64,000 nt of DNA from Dehalococcoidia bacterium (GCA_963555985.3 OY820591.1:2464001-2528000); one strand, 5' to 3'. Numbered from the stretch's first letter, positions 20,634-30,282 are shown. A program made the numbers and translations. Notes: a model not told the origin generated them from the letters alone.

Positions 20634-21739
20634 CGCCGCAAGAGCCGCTCGACCGCAGCTGGCACCAGCTCGTCGGCGCGTGACATCGCCTCTTCGAGCG
20701 GCATCCCCGGCGGGGTTGAGGCTTCGCTGGCGACCAAACCGGGCAGTTGGGCGGAGCCTTCGACCAAGCCGGCGACGGCGACGCAGGGGACATTCGCCGC
20801 CTGCGCCAGCGACGCGACCCCGGCGACCGTCTTGCCGTATGCGGACTGGGTATCGAGCCGCCCCTCGCCGGTGATCACGAGATCGGCGTCCGCGATCCGC
20901 TCGGCCAGCCGAACGGCCTCCGAGACGGCGGCGAAGCCGGATACCAGCGTTGCGCCGCAGCAGGCCAGCAGGCCGGCCGCGAGTCCGCCTGCGGCTCCCG
21001 CGCCGGGTATGTCGGCGACCTTTGCGCCCAGATCGCGCTCCAGCACCGCCGCGTAGTTTGCCAAGGCGCGATCCAGCTCGAGCACGCAGGTTGGATCGGC
21101 GCCCTTTTGCGGGCCGTAGACGGCGCTCGCGCCTTCGGGGCCCAGGAGCGGATTCTGGACGTCGCAGAGGACTTGGAGCTCGACCGAGGGCAGCCGCGGA
21201 TCGAGACCGCTGACGTCGATCCGCGCCAATGTGGCCAGCGCCGCCCCGCCGGGGGGCAGACGCCGGCCGCGCTCGTCGTAGCATTTCGCGCCCAGCGCTT
21301 CGGCTGCGCCGGCGCCGCCGTCGTTGGTGGCGCTGCCACCGACGCCGATCAGGATTCGCTCCACTCGGGCGTCGAGCGCGTGGGTGATCAGCTGTCCGAC
21401 GCCGTGCGTGCTCGTGCGGCGCGGGTCTAGCTGGTGCTGCGAGAGCAGGGTGAGACCGGCCGCGGCGGCCATTTCGATCACTGCGGTGCGGCCGTTATCG
21501 ATTCGTCCCCAGCGGGCGTCCACGGGCGCGCCCAGCGGCCCGTCTACGCGCGCGATTGAGGTGCGACCATTGGCGGCTCGCACCAGGGCGGCCACGGTGC
21601 CCGGGCCGCCGTCGGCGAGCGGGGCGCTGTCGATTTCGGCGTCGGGCCAGACCCTGAGTACGCCTTCGCGGATGCGTTCGGCGGCTTCCAGCGCGGTGAG
21701 GCTGCCCTTGAACTCTTGCGGCGCGATCAGCACTCGCAT
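20621..21739 (-). CDS. Glycerate kinase
   Basis: IAP..FKGSL, ADGG.GT, GGSATNDGG, YGPQKGA, TGEGRLD.QS..GK. Confidence 0.93.
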   Translation of the reverse strand: MRVLIAPQEFKGSLTALEAAERIREGVLRVWPDAEIDSAPLADGGPGTVAALVRAANGRTSIARVDGPLGAPVDARWGRIDNGRTAVIEMAAAAGLTLLSQHQLDPRRTSTHGVGQLITHALDARVERILIGVGGSATNDGGAGAAEALGAKCYDERGRRLPPGGAALATLARIDVSGLDPRLPSVELQVLCDVQNPLLGPEGASAVYGPQKGADPTCVLELDRALANYAAVLERDLGAKVADIPGAGAAGGLAAGLLACCGATLVSGFAAVSEAVRLAERIADADLVITGEGRLDTQSAYGKTVAGVASLAQAANVPCVAVAGLVEGSAQLPGLVASEASTPPGMPLEEAMSRADELVPAAVERLLRRYSR

Positions 21740-21742
21740 TGG

Positions 21743-21928
21743 TCAGTCGCCCGTGCCGATGCCCAGAATGCGCAGGATGCCGATGATCAGGATCGCCACT
21801 ACCGCGAGCAGAATCGCGAGCCGGATGCGGCGATAGACGGACAAGAGGTTGCCGAGGTTCAGCAGACCTCGCATGTAGAGCAGTGCGATCAGCACTGCGA
21901 TGACGACCAGACCGAGGATGATGCCCAC
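21743..21928 (-). CDS. Small two-TM membrane protein (about 61 aa)
   Basis: Two hydrophobic helices; GTG at 21928 lies 4 nt after the upstream stop; its stop lies 3 nt before glycerate kinase. Confidence 0.65.
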   Translation of the reverse strand: MGIILGLVVIAVLIALLYMRGLLNLGNLLSVYRRIRLAILLAVVAILIIGILRILGIGTGD

Positions 21929-21932
21929 AGCC

Positions 21933-22166
21933 CTATCGTACGCGCCGCCGCCGACTCTTCCCACGTGCTTCCGTTACAGCCTCGGGGCCAATCCGGTAGC
22001 CGCAGACCACGCAGACGCGCATTGCGCCGTGACCGCCCAGCGGACCGGCGCAATGCGGACAGACGCCGCTCTGCCGCCGGGGCTGTCCGCGCTCTGTCCG
22101 CCTGCGCGCGGCCGCGCCCAGAAACAGGGGCAACTGCGCTCCACGACTGATGGCCGGTTGCGACAT
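21933..22166 (-). CDS. Zinc-ribbon microprotein with QLPLF motif (77 aa)
   Basis: CPHC-x12-CVVCG ribbon; clear promoter directly upstream. Confidence 0.65.
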   Translation of the reverse strand: MSQPAISRGAQLPLFLGAAARRRTERGQPRRQSGVCPHCAGPLGGHGAMRVCVVCGYRIGPEAVTEARGKSRRRRVR

Positions 22167-22188
22167 GATCCCGCTCGTATTCGCTCGC

Positions 22189-22237
22189 GTACGTGCGTTC
22201 TGCCACTAAGGTAGGACGCTCGTGCGAACGTTGTCAA
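22189..22237 (-). promoter_or_regulatory. Sigma70-type promoter with SOS (LexA)-like box at the predicted start site
   Basis: TTGACA (22232-22237), 18-nt spacer, TACCTT (22208-22213); GAAC-GCAC-GTAC at 22189-22200; second TTGACA at 22256-22261. Confidence 0.65.
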
Positions 22238-22265
22238 GCGGAATCAGACCCGATGTGTCAAGTAG

Positions 22266-22397
22266 TTACTGTTGGTCTTCCGGCCGATCGAGCCAATCCA
22301 CGAAATCCTTCATTCGCTCGTTCAGCCGCTCGTAGCGCCCGCGATCGGCCGCGAAGAGAATCCCAATGAACAGAATGGCCAGGCCGATCTCCAACAT
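22266..22397 (-). CDS. 43-aa single-TM microprotein (below the track length cutoff)
   Basis: MLEIGLAILFIGILFAADRGRYERLNERMKDFVDWLDRPEDQQ*, preceded by GGGAGG RBS. Confidence 0.65.
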   Translation of the reverse strand: MLEIGLAILFIGILFAADRGRYERLNERMKDFVDWLDRPEDQQ

Positions 22398-22475
22398 CGT
22401 GCGCCTCCCGGACCTTGCGCCGGCATGATTGCGCCAATGCGACGCTTTCGCTCAGTATCGTAGAGCTTCCAGCTC

Positions 22476-23744
22476 ATGCCTAGTCCAACCAGACCACCGG
22501 TCGTCGCCGCGCTCACGCTCGGCTGCAAACTCAACCAGGCCGAGACGCAGCAGGCTGCGCGCGAGTTGCAGCGCCATGGCTGCGTGACGGTCGACCGCCC
22601 CAGCCGCGCCGACGCTTATCTGATCAATACCTGCACGATCACGCACGTCGCTGATCGCAAGGCGCGGCGTTTGATCCGGCTGGCGCAGAAGCTCTCGCCG
22701 GAGGCGCCGGTGATCGTCACGGGCTGTTATGCAGAACGCGACGGGGCTGCGCTTGCGCGGGACTTGAACGTGCGGGTTGTCGGCAATGCTGACAAGTCCA
22801 CCGCCGCTCGGAGCGTGCTGGACGCCCTCAGAGAGGTGTCGCTACCGGCGGCTGCTACGGAATCGCCAAGTTCGAGCGGACGCACGCGCGCCTTCCTCAA
22901 GATCCAGGAAGGCTGCGACGACGTCTGCGCGTTTTGCATCGTCCCCTACGTGCGCGGACGCGAACGCGCCCTGCCGATTCCTGAGATTGTCTCGCAAGCG
23001 CGGGAACGGGTGACGGAAGGCGTGCGAGAGCTCGTGCTCACCGGTACGCAGCCGGGCGCATATGGACGCGACCGCGACGACGGCGCGTCGGCTGCGCGCC
23101 TGATTGAAGCGCTGCTGGCAGAGACCGACGCGCCCCGCATTCGCTACTCCTCGATTCAGCCGCAGGACATCACGCCTGAGTTGCTCGCCTGCTGGGAGGA
23201 CGCGCGCATGTGCCGTCACTTCCACCTTGCGCTCCAGAGCGGGTCGGATCCGGTGCTGCGACGGATGCGACGCCGTTACAGCGCCGCCCAGTTCGAGCAG
23301 GCGGTCGCGCAGATTCGCACCGCCGTGCCGGGCGCGTCGATCACGACCGACATCATCGCCGGCTTCCCGGGCGAAACCGAGGCCGATCACGACGCCACCA
23401 TCGCGCTGATGGAGCGGGTGCGTTTCGCCGATGTGCATGTCTTCCCCTATTCGTCGCGGCCCAACACCTCGGCTTCACTGCTTCCCGACGATGTACCGCC
23501 GCCGCTCAAGCGCGAACGCGCCGCCCAGCTTCGGGCACTCGGACACGAGCACACACAGCAGTGGCGCAGCGCACAGATCGGGCACACGGCGCCGGTGTTG
23601 TTTGAGACCGACGATCGTGGTCTCAGCGACACCTATCTTCCCGTTCGCGCCGCCGAGAGCGCGGCGCGAGTGAACCGGATCATCCCCGTCCACATTGGCG
23701 CCCTGGACGACGACAGCCTCGAGCTGATCGGCGAGACCGCCTGA
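22476..23744 (+). CDS. mtaB: tRNA methylthiotransferase MtaB (radical SAM)
   Basis: TLGCKLNQAE, INTCTIT, KIQEGC..C.FC, LQSGS, HVFPYS.R. Confidence 0.85.
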   Translation: MPSPTRPPVVAALTLGCKLNQAETQQAARELQRHGCVTVDRPSRADAYLINTCTITHVADRKARRLIRLAQKLSPEAPVIVTGCYAERDGAALARDLNVRVVGNADKSTAARSVLDALREVSLPAAATESPSSSGRTRAFLKIQEGCDDVCAFCIVPYVRGRERALPIPEIVSQARERVTEGVRELVLTGTQPGAYGRDRDDGASAARLIEALLAETDAPRIRYSSIQPQDITPELLACWEDARMCRHFHLALQSGSDPVLRRMRRRYSAAQFEQAVAQIRTAVPGASITTDIIAGFPGETEADHDATIALMERVRFADVHVFPYSSRPNTSASLLPDDVPPPLKRERAAQLRALGHEHTQQWRSAQIGHTAPVLFETDDRGLSDTYLPVRAAESAARVNRIIPVHIGALDDDSLELIGETA

Positions 23745-23749
23745 ACCTC

Positions 23750-24040
23750 ATGGTCATTACCGTCTTGCGCATCGAGTTGACGATCTTCGAGTCCGCCTCG
23801 CTCAAGGACAAGCGGGCGGTGGTGCGCCGCGTGCTCGACCGTGTGCGGAACAAGTTTCCGGTCGCCGCCTCCGAAGTCGGGCGGCAGGACGACCCCGCCT
23901 ACGCAACGCTCGCCTTCGCTGCGCTCTCCTCGGACGGGAAGATCTCGCACGCTACCGCTCAGAAGGTGCTCGCCTTCATTGAGGGTTTGCATATTGATGC
24001 GGAGATCACGGAGGTGGAGACGGAGTCGATCCAGCTCTGA
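23750..24040 (+). CDS. DUF503 (YlxP) family protein
   Basis: SLKDKR.VV......R.KF.V..SEV..QD. Confidence 0.88.
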   Translation: MVITVLRIELTIFESASLKDKRAVVRRVLDRVRNKFPVAASEVGRQDDPAYATLAFAALSSDGKISHATAQKVLAFIEGLHIDAEITEVETESIQL

Positions 24041-24051
24041 AAACCCCCGAC

Positions 24052-24221
24052 TTCCGTCATACCCGCGCTTGTCGCGGGTATCTCGATGTGAGCAGCATGG
24101 AGCTCATGCACGGAGCGAGCGGTTTGGGAGAGGGTTTCCTCAGATTCAAACGACGGTGCAGCACTCGGCGAGATTCCCGCGGCGGAGCGCGGGAATGACG
24201 GAGAATGTTGCGGGTATGACG
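24052..24221. repeat. Family-B REP-like hairpin pair in inverted orientation
   Basis: CCGTCATACCCGCG..CGCGGGTATCTCG and CGAGATTCCCGCG..CGCGGGAATGACGG between convergent genes. Confidence 0.82.
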
Positions 24222-24252
24222 ATCGAGTATTGGACGTCAATCTGAACAGGCC

Positions 24253-25542
24253 CTAGCCGACTGGTTCGCCCCAGAGATCGTGACCCAGCGCTTGCGTGAT
24301 CCGCACGCTCGGCATTGAGCCCGGGTTGGCGACACCGGCGCTCAACACCAGCCCGTCCACCTCCGGCGCTTCGCGGTAGCTGCGCCCGGCGAAGATCGGC
24401 GTACCGTCATCGGCGGTCTGACCGGGCTCCGACTCGACCAGGACGGCCAACTCGCGTCCGACCTGCGCTTGGTTGTGTTCGGCGGCGATCTGGCCCAGCT
24501 CGCGCATCAGGCGCTCGTGGCGGCGCTGTTTCACCCGTTCCGAAACCTGTCCGCCCATCTTGGCGGCCGGCGTGCCCTCTTGCGGTGAATAGACGAACGC
24601 TCCGGCGCGATCGAACCGCACTGCACGTACGAAATCCAGCAACTCCCGGAATTCCGCCTTGGTTTCGCCCGGGAAACCGACGATGAAGGTCGTGCGCAGG
24701 GCCAAATCGGGCATTGCTTCGCGCAGACGCTCCAGCGTTCCCCGCACCATCGAGATGTTGTGCGGACGTTTCATCCGCCTGAGCACGCTCGGCGATCCGT
24801 GCTGGAGGGGAATATCGAGGTAGTTGCAGACCTGGGGCGTCTGCGCCATCACCTCGATCAGGCTGGGGGTGACGAAGCCGGGATAGGCGTACATCAGCCG
24901 CAGCCAGGCCGCGCCCGACTCCGCTGCCAGACGCTCCAACAATCGCGCCAATCCGTCGGCGTCGCCCCATTCGGAGCCGTAGGAGGTGCTGTCCTGCGCG
25001 ACGAGCACCAGTTCACGCGCGCCGCGAGCCGTCAGTTCACGCGCTTCGGCGACGATCGAATCGGGCGCCGCGCTGCGAAACTGGCGGCCCTTGATCGCGG
25101 GGATGTTGCAGAACGTGCAGGGACGCGCGCAGCCGTCGGAGATCTTGAGGTAGGCCGACGGTCCGACCGTGCCCGTCGCCGCAGTCGAGGCGGGGATATC
25201 CCGCTCCACCGGACCGGCGGCGGCTGCGATCTCGTCCCAGGCCTCGATCCCGAAGGTTGCGTCGATCCCGTCGATCTCAATTACCTGTTCGCGCTCGATC
25301 TGAGACCAACAGCCGACCACGAACAACTGCTGATCGGCTCGCTGTTCAGCAGCGAGAATTTCAGCCGCCTCAGCCGATTCCCGCTTCGCCTCGTCGATGA
25401 ACCCGCAGGTATTCAGGATCACGAGATCGGCGTCGAAGCGATCCGCGGTGAGTCGATGCCCGGCCGCCTCCAGCGCGCCTGCGATCCGAGTCGAATCGGT
25501 GGTGTTCTTGGGACAGCCGAGCGTGACCAGGTGATAGCGCAT
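24253..25542 (-). CDS. rimO: Ribosomal protein S12 methylthiotransferase RimO
   Basis: LGCPKN..DS, NTCGFI..AK.ES, YLKISDGC...C.FC.IP, Y.DIPLQH, APEVDG. Confidence 0.93.
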   Translation of the reverse strand: MRYHLVTLGCPKNTTDSTRIAGALEAAGHRLTADRFDADLVILNTCGFIDEAKRESAEAAEILAAEQRADQQLFVVGCWSQIEREQVIEIDGIDATFGIEAWDEIAAAAGPVERDIPASTAATGTVGPSAYLKISDGCARPCTFCNIPAIKGRQFRSAAPDSIVAEARELTARGARELVLVAQDSTSYGSEWGDADGLARLLERLAAESGAAWLRLMYAYPGFVTPSLIEVMAQTPQVCNYLDIPLQHGSPSVLRRMKRPHNISMVRGTLERLREAMPDLALRTTFIVGFPGETKAEFRELLDFVRAVRFDRAGAFVYSPQEGTPAAKMGGQVSERVKQRRHERLMRELGQIAAEHNQAQVGRELAVLVESEPGQTADDGTPIFAGRSYREAPEVDGLVLSAGVANPGSMPSVRITQALGHDLWGEPVG

Positions 25543-25550
25543 GGGCAGCC

Positions 25551-26318
25551 TTACTCACCGGTCCTGGGACGCGGGCCCATGCTGACGACGAGGGTCACGA
25601 CGCTGCTAGTGGAGAGCGGAACGCCCGCGCTCGGAGACTGTTCCAAGACGACGCCCGCAGGGGTTTCGTCATAGACCTCGATCACGATGTAGGGCGTGCC
25701 GGTCAATTTTACGTAGTTGGTCGCCTCACGCGCGCTGTATTGGCGCAGATCGGGAAGCGGCTCGCTGCTCACCTCCGCACGCGAGAGCACGGCCTCGGCA
25801 GCAGCGGTCTCGTCGCCGCTTTCGTTGATCCCCGGCACCGAGCGCGCCTCTTCGACCGGCTCGACTTCGTCGCGCAAGCTGATCAGCGCGACCACACCCG
25901 CGATCACGACCAAGACCACCGCCGCCGCCGCGAGCCAGGGACCGAGCTGGATGCGCGGCCCGCGCAACTCGGTCGCCGTGCGCCCGCTGCGCACCAGTTC
26001 AGTCTCCGACTGGGCGGTCAGATCGGCCAACTGCAAGCCCTCGCCGGGCGCGGTCGGCTCGAACGGACACAGATCGAGCAGCGGCTTCGGATCCAGACCG
26101 AGGTATTGCGCATAGGAAGAGATGAAACCCCGCGCGTAGGTGGCGGCGGGCATCCGATCCCAATCTTCGGCCTCCATCGCTTCGAGGTAGCGCAGCGCGA
26201 TCCGGGTCGCCTGGTTCGCCTGCTGCAACGAGCGCCCGCGCCGGATTCGGGTCTGGCGCAGTTCTTCCCCGATGCCGAGATAGCCGCCCTCACCGTCGCC
26301 GTGTCCATAGACCGTCAT
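25551..26318 (-). CDS. RodZ-like HTH membrane protein with C-terminal PASTA domain
   Basis: IGE.LR..R, TRI...YL.A.E, Y.RGF..SYA.YLGLD; TM helix; GVV.EQSP..V.L.VS.GP. Confidence 0.82.
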   Translation of the reverse strand: MTVYGHGDGEGGYLGIGEELRQTRIRRGRSLQQANQATRIALRYLEAMEAEDWDRMPAATYARGFISSYAQYLGLDPKPLLDLCPFEPTAPGEGLQLADLTAQSETELVRSGRTATELRGPRIQLGPWLAAAAVVLVVIAGVVALISLRDEVEPVEEARSVPGINESGDETAAAEAVLSRAEVSSEPLPDLRQYSAREATNYVKLTGTPYIVIEVYDETPAGVVLEQSPSAGVPLSTSSVVTLVVSMGPRPRTGE

Positions 26319-26328
26319 GCCGCGTCCC

Positions 26329-27369
26329 TCACAGCGCGTCGTCGGGCAGTACCGCTGTCTTCAATACTGCCGGATCCTGGCGTGAACTGTACGCCCGATC
26401 CGCCTCGGAGAGCGCAAAGCGATGCGAGACGATTCCTTCGACCGCATCCAGCGACGGCAGCAGCGCCGCCGTGCGCCGAAACTGATCCGGGGTCGCGTTT
26501 TGCGTACCGGTGAGCGAGACCTCGCGGTAGTGCAGATCGTTCACGTCGATCACCGCCGACGACTCCGGCGGAAAGCCCGCGAAGAGATTGACCGAGCTCT
26601 GGCGGGCGGCGACCGTCAACGCGGTCTCAGTCAGTCCGTCAAGCCCGACCGAGACGATCACCACATCGCAGCCCTCACCGCCGGTCGCCTCAGCGACGAC
26701 AGCCCTGATTTCGTCCCGATCACCGCCGCAAACGACACTCGCGCCGGCAGCCGCTGCCGCTTCGCGCCGTACCTCCACTGGTTCCGCCACGACAATCGCG
26801 CCCGCGCCCAACGCTCTGGCGAGCACCACATGCAACAGTCCCATCGGGCCCGCGCCCAAGACGGCGACGCTCGCTCCCGCGCGAAAGCGGCAGGACTCCA
26901 GCGAATTCAAGACGCAGGCGGTCGGCTCGGTCAAGGCAGCGCGCTCGAAACTGGCTCCGGCCGCAAGACGCACGGCGTGTCCCTGCGAGACCAGCGGCGC
27001 CGGCAGCAGCACCTGCTCGGCCAGACCTCCGTTCGCGTTGTAGCCCAAAGTCTGCCGCGCCGTACAGCGGTTGCGCAGCCCCCGCCGGCAGAAATCGCAG
27101 CCGCCGCAAGCGATGATCGGGTAGACCGCAACCGAGTCGCCAAGCGAGACCGTCTCCACGCCCTCCCCCACAGCGACGATCTCGCCCGTGAATTCATGTC
27201 CGGGCACGACACCTGGCGCGGCGTACTTCTCACCGCGATAGACGCGCAGGTCAGAGGCGCAGACGCTCGCCGCGCGGACGGCCAGGACTGCTTCGCCCGG
27301 ACCCGGTTGGGGGTCGGGGAGTTCGCCGACGTGGATTTCGCCGGGGCGCTCGAAGATCAGTGCTCGCAT
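26329..27369 (-). CDS. Zinc-dependent medium-chain alcohol/polyol dehydrogenase
   Basis: C.SD, GHEF.G, CGGCDFC..G..N.C, GAGPMG. Confidence 0.9.
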   Translation of the reverse strand: MRALIFERPGEIHVGELPDPQPGPGEAVLAVRAASVCASDLRVYRGEKYAAPGVVPGHEFTGEIVAVGEGVETVSLGDSVAVYPIIACGGCDFCRRGLRNRCTARQTLGYNANGGLAEQVLLPAPLVSQGHAVRLAAGASFERAALTEPTACVLNSLESCRFRAGASVAVLGAGPMGLLHVVLARALGAGAIVVAEPVEVRREAAAAAGASVVCGGDRDEIRAVVAEATGGEGCDVVIVSVGLDGLTETALTVAARQSSVNLFAGFPPESSAVIDVNDLHYREVSLTGTQNATPDQFRRTAALLPSLDAVEGIVSHRFALSEADRAYSSRQDPAVLKTAVLPDDAL

Positions 27370-27435
27370 CGGTCTGGGCCCCTCTCTGCGCCCACGCTAG
27401 GGCCTATCCGGATTGATCGCCACGTCAGCCATGAC

Positions 27436-27576
27436 CCGTCATACCCGCGCTCGTCGCGGAGCCTGTCCCCGCGAAGGCGGGGATCGCTCGCCGTGATCTG
27501 CACCGTCGTAGCCAGCACGGCGAGCTTGCCCCCTGTTCAGGCCAGGGGCAAGCTGCGGCGGAGCGCGGCAATGACG
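27436..27576. repeat. Family-B REP-like pair, each arm interrupted by a further hairpin
   Basis: GTCATACCCGCG...; inner CCCCGCGAAGGCGGGG and GCTTGCCCC..GGGGCAAGC; closing CGCGGCAATGAC. Confidence 0.75.
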
Positions 27577-27650
27577 AAGCTTTGATGTAAGCGCAAGGTC
27601 TCAGGTAAGGGAGAGATGCAAACGCCGGAATTCGGACTGCTGGCAGCCGG

Positions 27651-27983
27651 CTACGGCGTCAGCGCCGGTTCGGGACGCCGATTGCGCGGGCGCAGTTCGC
27701 GCTCCGGATTGCGCGCGTCGTGATACTGGCGCAGCAGCCGCGACTTGCGGCGGGCGGCCGTGTTCGCGTGCATGACGCCACGCTGGGCGGCGCGGTCGAG
27801 CGCGCTCACGGCGCGCTGGATCGCCTCGTCGGTCGTATCCCACTCGCCCGTGTCGACGCTCTCGTCAATCGCGTCGAGCGCGGCGCGGACGCTGCCCCGG
27901 GCGTAGGTGCGAATCGGCTTGTTGCGCATCCGCCGGCGCTGCGACTGGCGGAGATATTTTTCAGCGGCAGCCTTGTTGGCCAC
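27651..27983 (-). CDS. rpsT: 30S ribosomal protein S20
   Basis: MAN..AEK..RQS.RRR.RNK, LDRAA..GV.H.N.AARRKSRL. Confidence 0.93.
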   Translation of the reverse strand: MANKAAAEKYLRQSQRRRMRNKPIRTYARGSVRAALDAIDESVDTGEWDTTDEAIQRAVSALDRAAQRGVMHANTAARRKSRLLRQYHDARNPERELRPRNRRPEPALTP

Positions 27984-28086
27984 GACAACCCCTCTTTCTC
28001 AAACGTCGCTAGCGTACCAGCCTTAGAGTGAGTGTCTAGCCGCCGCCGCAACGTGCTTCTCCGATGCCTTCGAACGAGCCGCAGCC

Positions 28087-29727
28087 ATGAGCCGCCGCGC
28101 GCCTGCGCAAGCGCAGCCTTCGTTGCCCGACTCCGGCGGATTCCTCGACTGGAGAGGCGCATCCGGGGGCATCGTCGGGGCCGTTCTCGTGATCGGCCTC
28201 TCCTTCCTCGGCTCGCGCCTGCTCGGCGCCGCCCGCGCCGTCGTGATCGCCGATCAATATGGAACCTCGGTCGAACTGGATGCGTTCTGGGTCGCCATGC
28301 GGCTGCCCGAACTCGTCTTCCAACTGCTCGCCGGAGCGACGCTCGCCGCCGCCTTCATCCCCGTCTACACCCGCGTCTTCCAGCAACGCGGCGAAAGCGC
28401 CGCCTGGCGCGTCGCCAGCATCGTCCTCAACTGGGTCTTGATCGGCACGATCGCGCTTGCCGCGATCATCTTCCTCACCGCCCACTGGATCGTGCCCGCG
28501 CTCGCGCCCGGACTGGGCGAAGATTCCGGCGTCCAGGACGCGGTCATGGCCGACGCGATCTTCCTCACTCGGGTGCTGCTGATCTCGCCGATTCTCTTCG
28601 CCGTCAGCGGCATGATCACGGGAATGCTCCACGCGCGGCGGCATTTCCTCCTGCCCGGCATTTCGCCGATGCTCTACAACCTCGCGATCATTCTGGGCGC
28701 GCTGCTCTTGCCCGCCGAGTTGGGGGTCGAAGCGCTGGTGATCGGCGTGATCGCCGGTTCCGGCCTGCACCTGATGATCCAGTTGCCGGCGCTGACGGCG
28801 GTCGGGGCGCGCTTGCGTCCGCGCCTCAACCTGCGCGATCCCGATGTGCGCGAGGTCCTGCGCCTGATGGGGCCGCGAATGCTGGGACTGGCGGCTGCGC
28901 AGATCAACCTGATCGTGCTCACCTTCTTCGGATCGCTGGTCGGTGATTCCTCGATCTCCGCGCTCAATTTCGCCTGGCTGATCCTGATGTTCCCGGTCGG
29001 CGTCTTCGGGATGTCGCTGGCCACCGCGATCTTCCCCACCCTCGCCCTGCGCGCGGTCAGCGGCGGCCCCGCCGCCGTCCGGGAACTGGTCAGCCGCTCG
29101 CTTCGCTTTAGCCTCTTCCTCGCCATTCCCGCCTCTGTGGGGATGCTGTTGTTACGCGAGTCGATCGTTTCGACCCTGCTCGAACACGGCGCCTTCGACG
29201 CCGCTGCGACGCAGTTGGTCTCCGACGCGCTGCTCTTCTATTCGGTCGGGCTGTTCGCGCACGCGGCGATCGAGATTCTCTCGCGCGGTTTCTATGCGCT
29301 CGGCGACACCCGCACGCCCGTCTCTCTGGCGGTAGGCTCGATGCTCCTGAACCTCGTGCTCTCGGCCGCGCTGGTGGGGCCGTTCGAGTTGCGCGGGCTG
29401 GCGCTGGCGCTCTCGATCGCCACGATCTCCGAAGCGCTGGCGCTCTTCGTCCTCCTGCACGTGCGGCTCGACTTCGGCCTCTTCACCCGTCCGCTGTTCG
29501 GCTCGCTAGGGAAGACCATCGCCGCGACCGTGATCATGGCGCAGCTCGTATTCGTGCTCGTACTGGCGCTGGATCAGGCCGCCGGAATCGACCCGGGTTC
29601 GCCGCTGACGCTGGCGCTGGGCGTGATCGGCGGGGGCGTGATCTACTTGGCGCTGACGCTGCTGCTGCGCCAGGACGAGGCGGAAACGCTGGCGCTCCGT
29701 GTCGAGCGGGTGCTGTTTCGGCGCTAG
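28087..29727 (+). CDS. murJ: Lipid II flippase MurJ
   Basis: SRLLG..R, DAF..A.RLP, AFIPV, P.GVFG.SLATA.FP, R.FYALGDTRTP. Confidence 0.93.
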   Translation: MSRRAPAQAQPSLPDSGGFLDWRGASGGIVGAVLVIGLSFLGSRLLGAARAVVIADQYGTSVELDAFWVAMRLPELVFQLLAGATLAAAFIPVYTRVFQQRGESAAWRVASIVLNWVLIGTIALAAIIFLTAHWIVPALAPGLGEDSGVQDAVMADAIFLTRVLLISPILFAVSGMITGMLHARRHFLLPGISPMLYNLAIILGALLLPAELGVEALVIGVIAGSGLHLMIQLPALTAVGARLRPRLNLRDPDVREVLRLMGPRMLGLAAAQINLIVLTFFGSLVGDSSISALNFAWLILMFPVGVFGMSLATAIFPTLALRAVSGGPAAVRELVSRSLRFSLFLAIPASVGMLLLRESIVSTLLEHGAFDAAATQLVSDALLFYSVGLFAHAAIEILSRGFYALGDTRTPVSLAVGSMLLNLVLSAALVGPFELRGLALALSIATISEALALFVLLHVRLDFGLFTRPLFGSLGKTIAATVIMAQLVFVLVLALDQAAGIDPGSPLTLALGVIGGGVIYLALTLLLRQDEAETLALRVERVLFRR

Positions 29728-29808
29728 CGCTCCGATCCGCAGCGGCGCAGCGCAGCGGCTCTGATAACGTGGAGCGCAGACCCTGTCCAACGATTTCCGA
29801 GAGAGACT

Positions 29809-30282
29809 ATGGCCCTGCAGGACCGCACCATTGTTTGCCGCGACTGTGGACGCGACTTCATCTTCACCGCCGGCGAGCAGGAGTTCTACGCCTCCAAAGG
29901 CCTCCAGAACGATCCTGTTCGCTGCCCCGACTGCCGCGCCGTGCGCAAGAGCACCCGCACCAGCCCGGAAGCCGACGCCGGCTATGTCCGCTACAACGGA
30001 GCCGCCTCCTTCGGCGGACGCACGCCCCGTCAAATGCACCCGGCCGCTTGCGCCAAGTGCGGCGACATGATCGAAGTCCCCTTCATGCCGCGCGGCGACC
30101 GTCCCGTCTTCTGCACCACCGTCAAGCGGATCATGTCGCTCGGCTACATGATGGATGAAATCCAGGCGCGCTGGGGCATCCGCCCCTGTCAGATTGAGGG
30201 CATCAACCAGGACCTCCGCCGCGGCTTGATCCCGCCCAAACCGGGCGTCGAGCTTCCCGATTTCACCCGCCCTCGTAACTAG
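29809..30282 (+). CDS. Zinc-ribbon protein (zf-trcl + CxxC-x17-CxxC type) with altered C-terminus
   Basis: DRTIVCRDCG.DF.FTAGEQEFY..KG..N.P.RCPDCR; CAKCG..EVPF.P...RPVFC. Confidence 0.85.
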   Translation: MALQDRTIVCRDCGRDFIFTAGEQEFYASKGLQNDPVRCPDCRAVRKSTRTSPEADAGYVRYNGAASFGGRTPRQMHPAACAKCGDMIEVPFMPRGDRPVFCTTVKRIMSLGYMMDEIQARWGIRPCQIEGINQDLRRGLIPPKPGVELPDFTRPRN

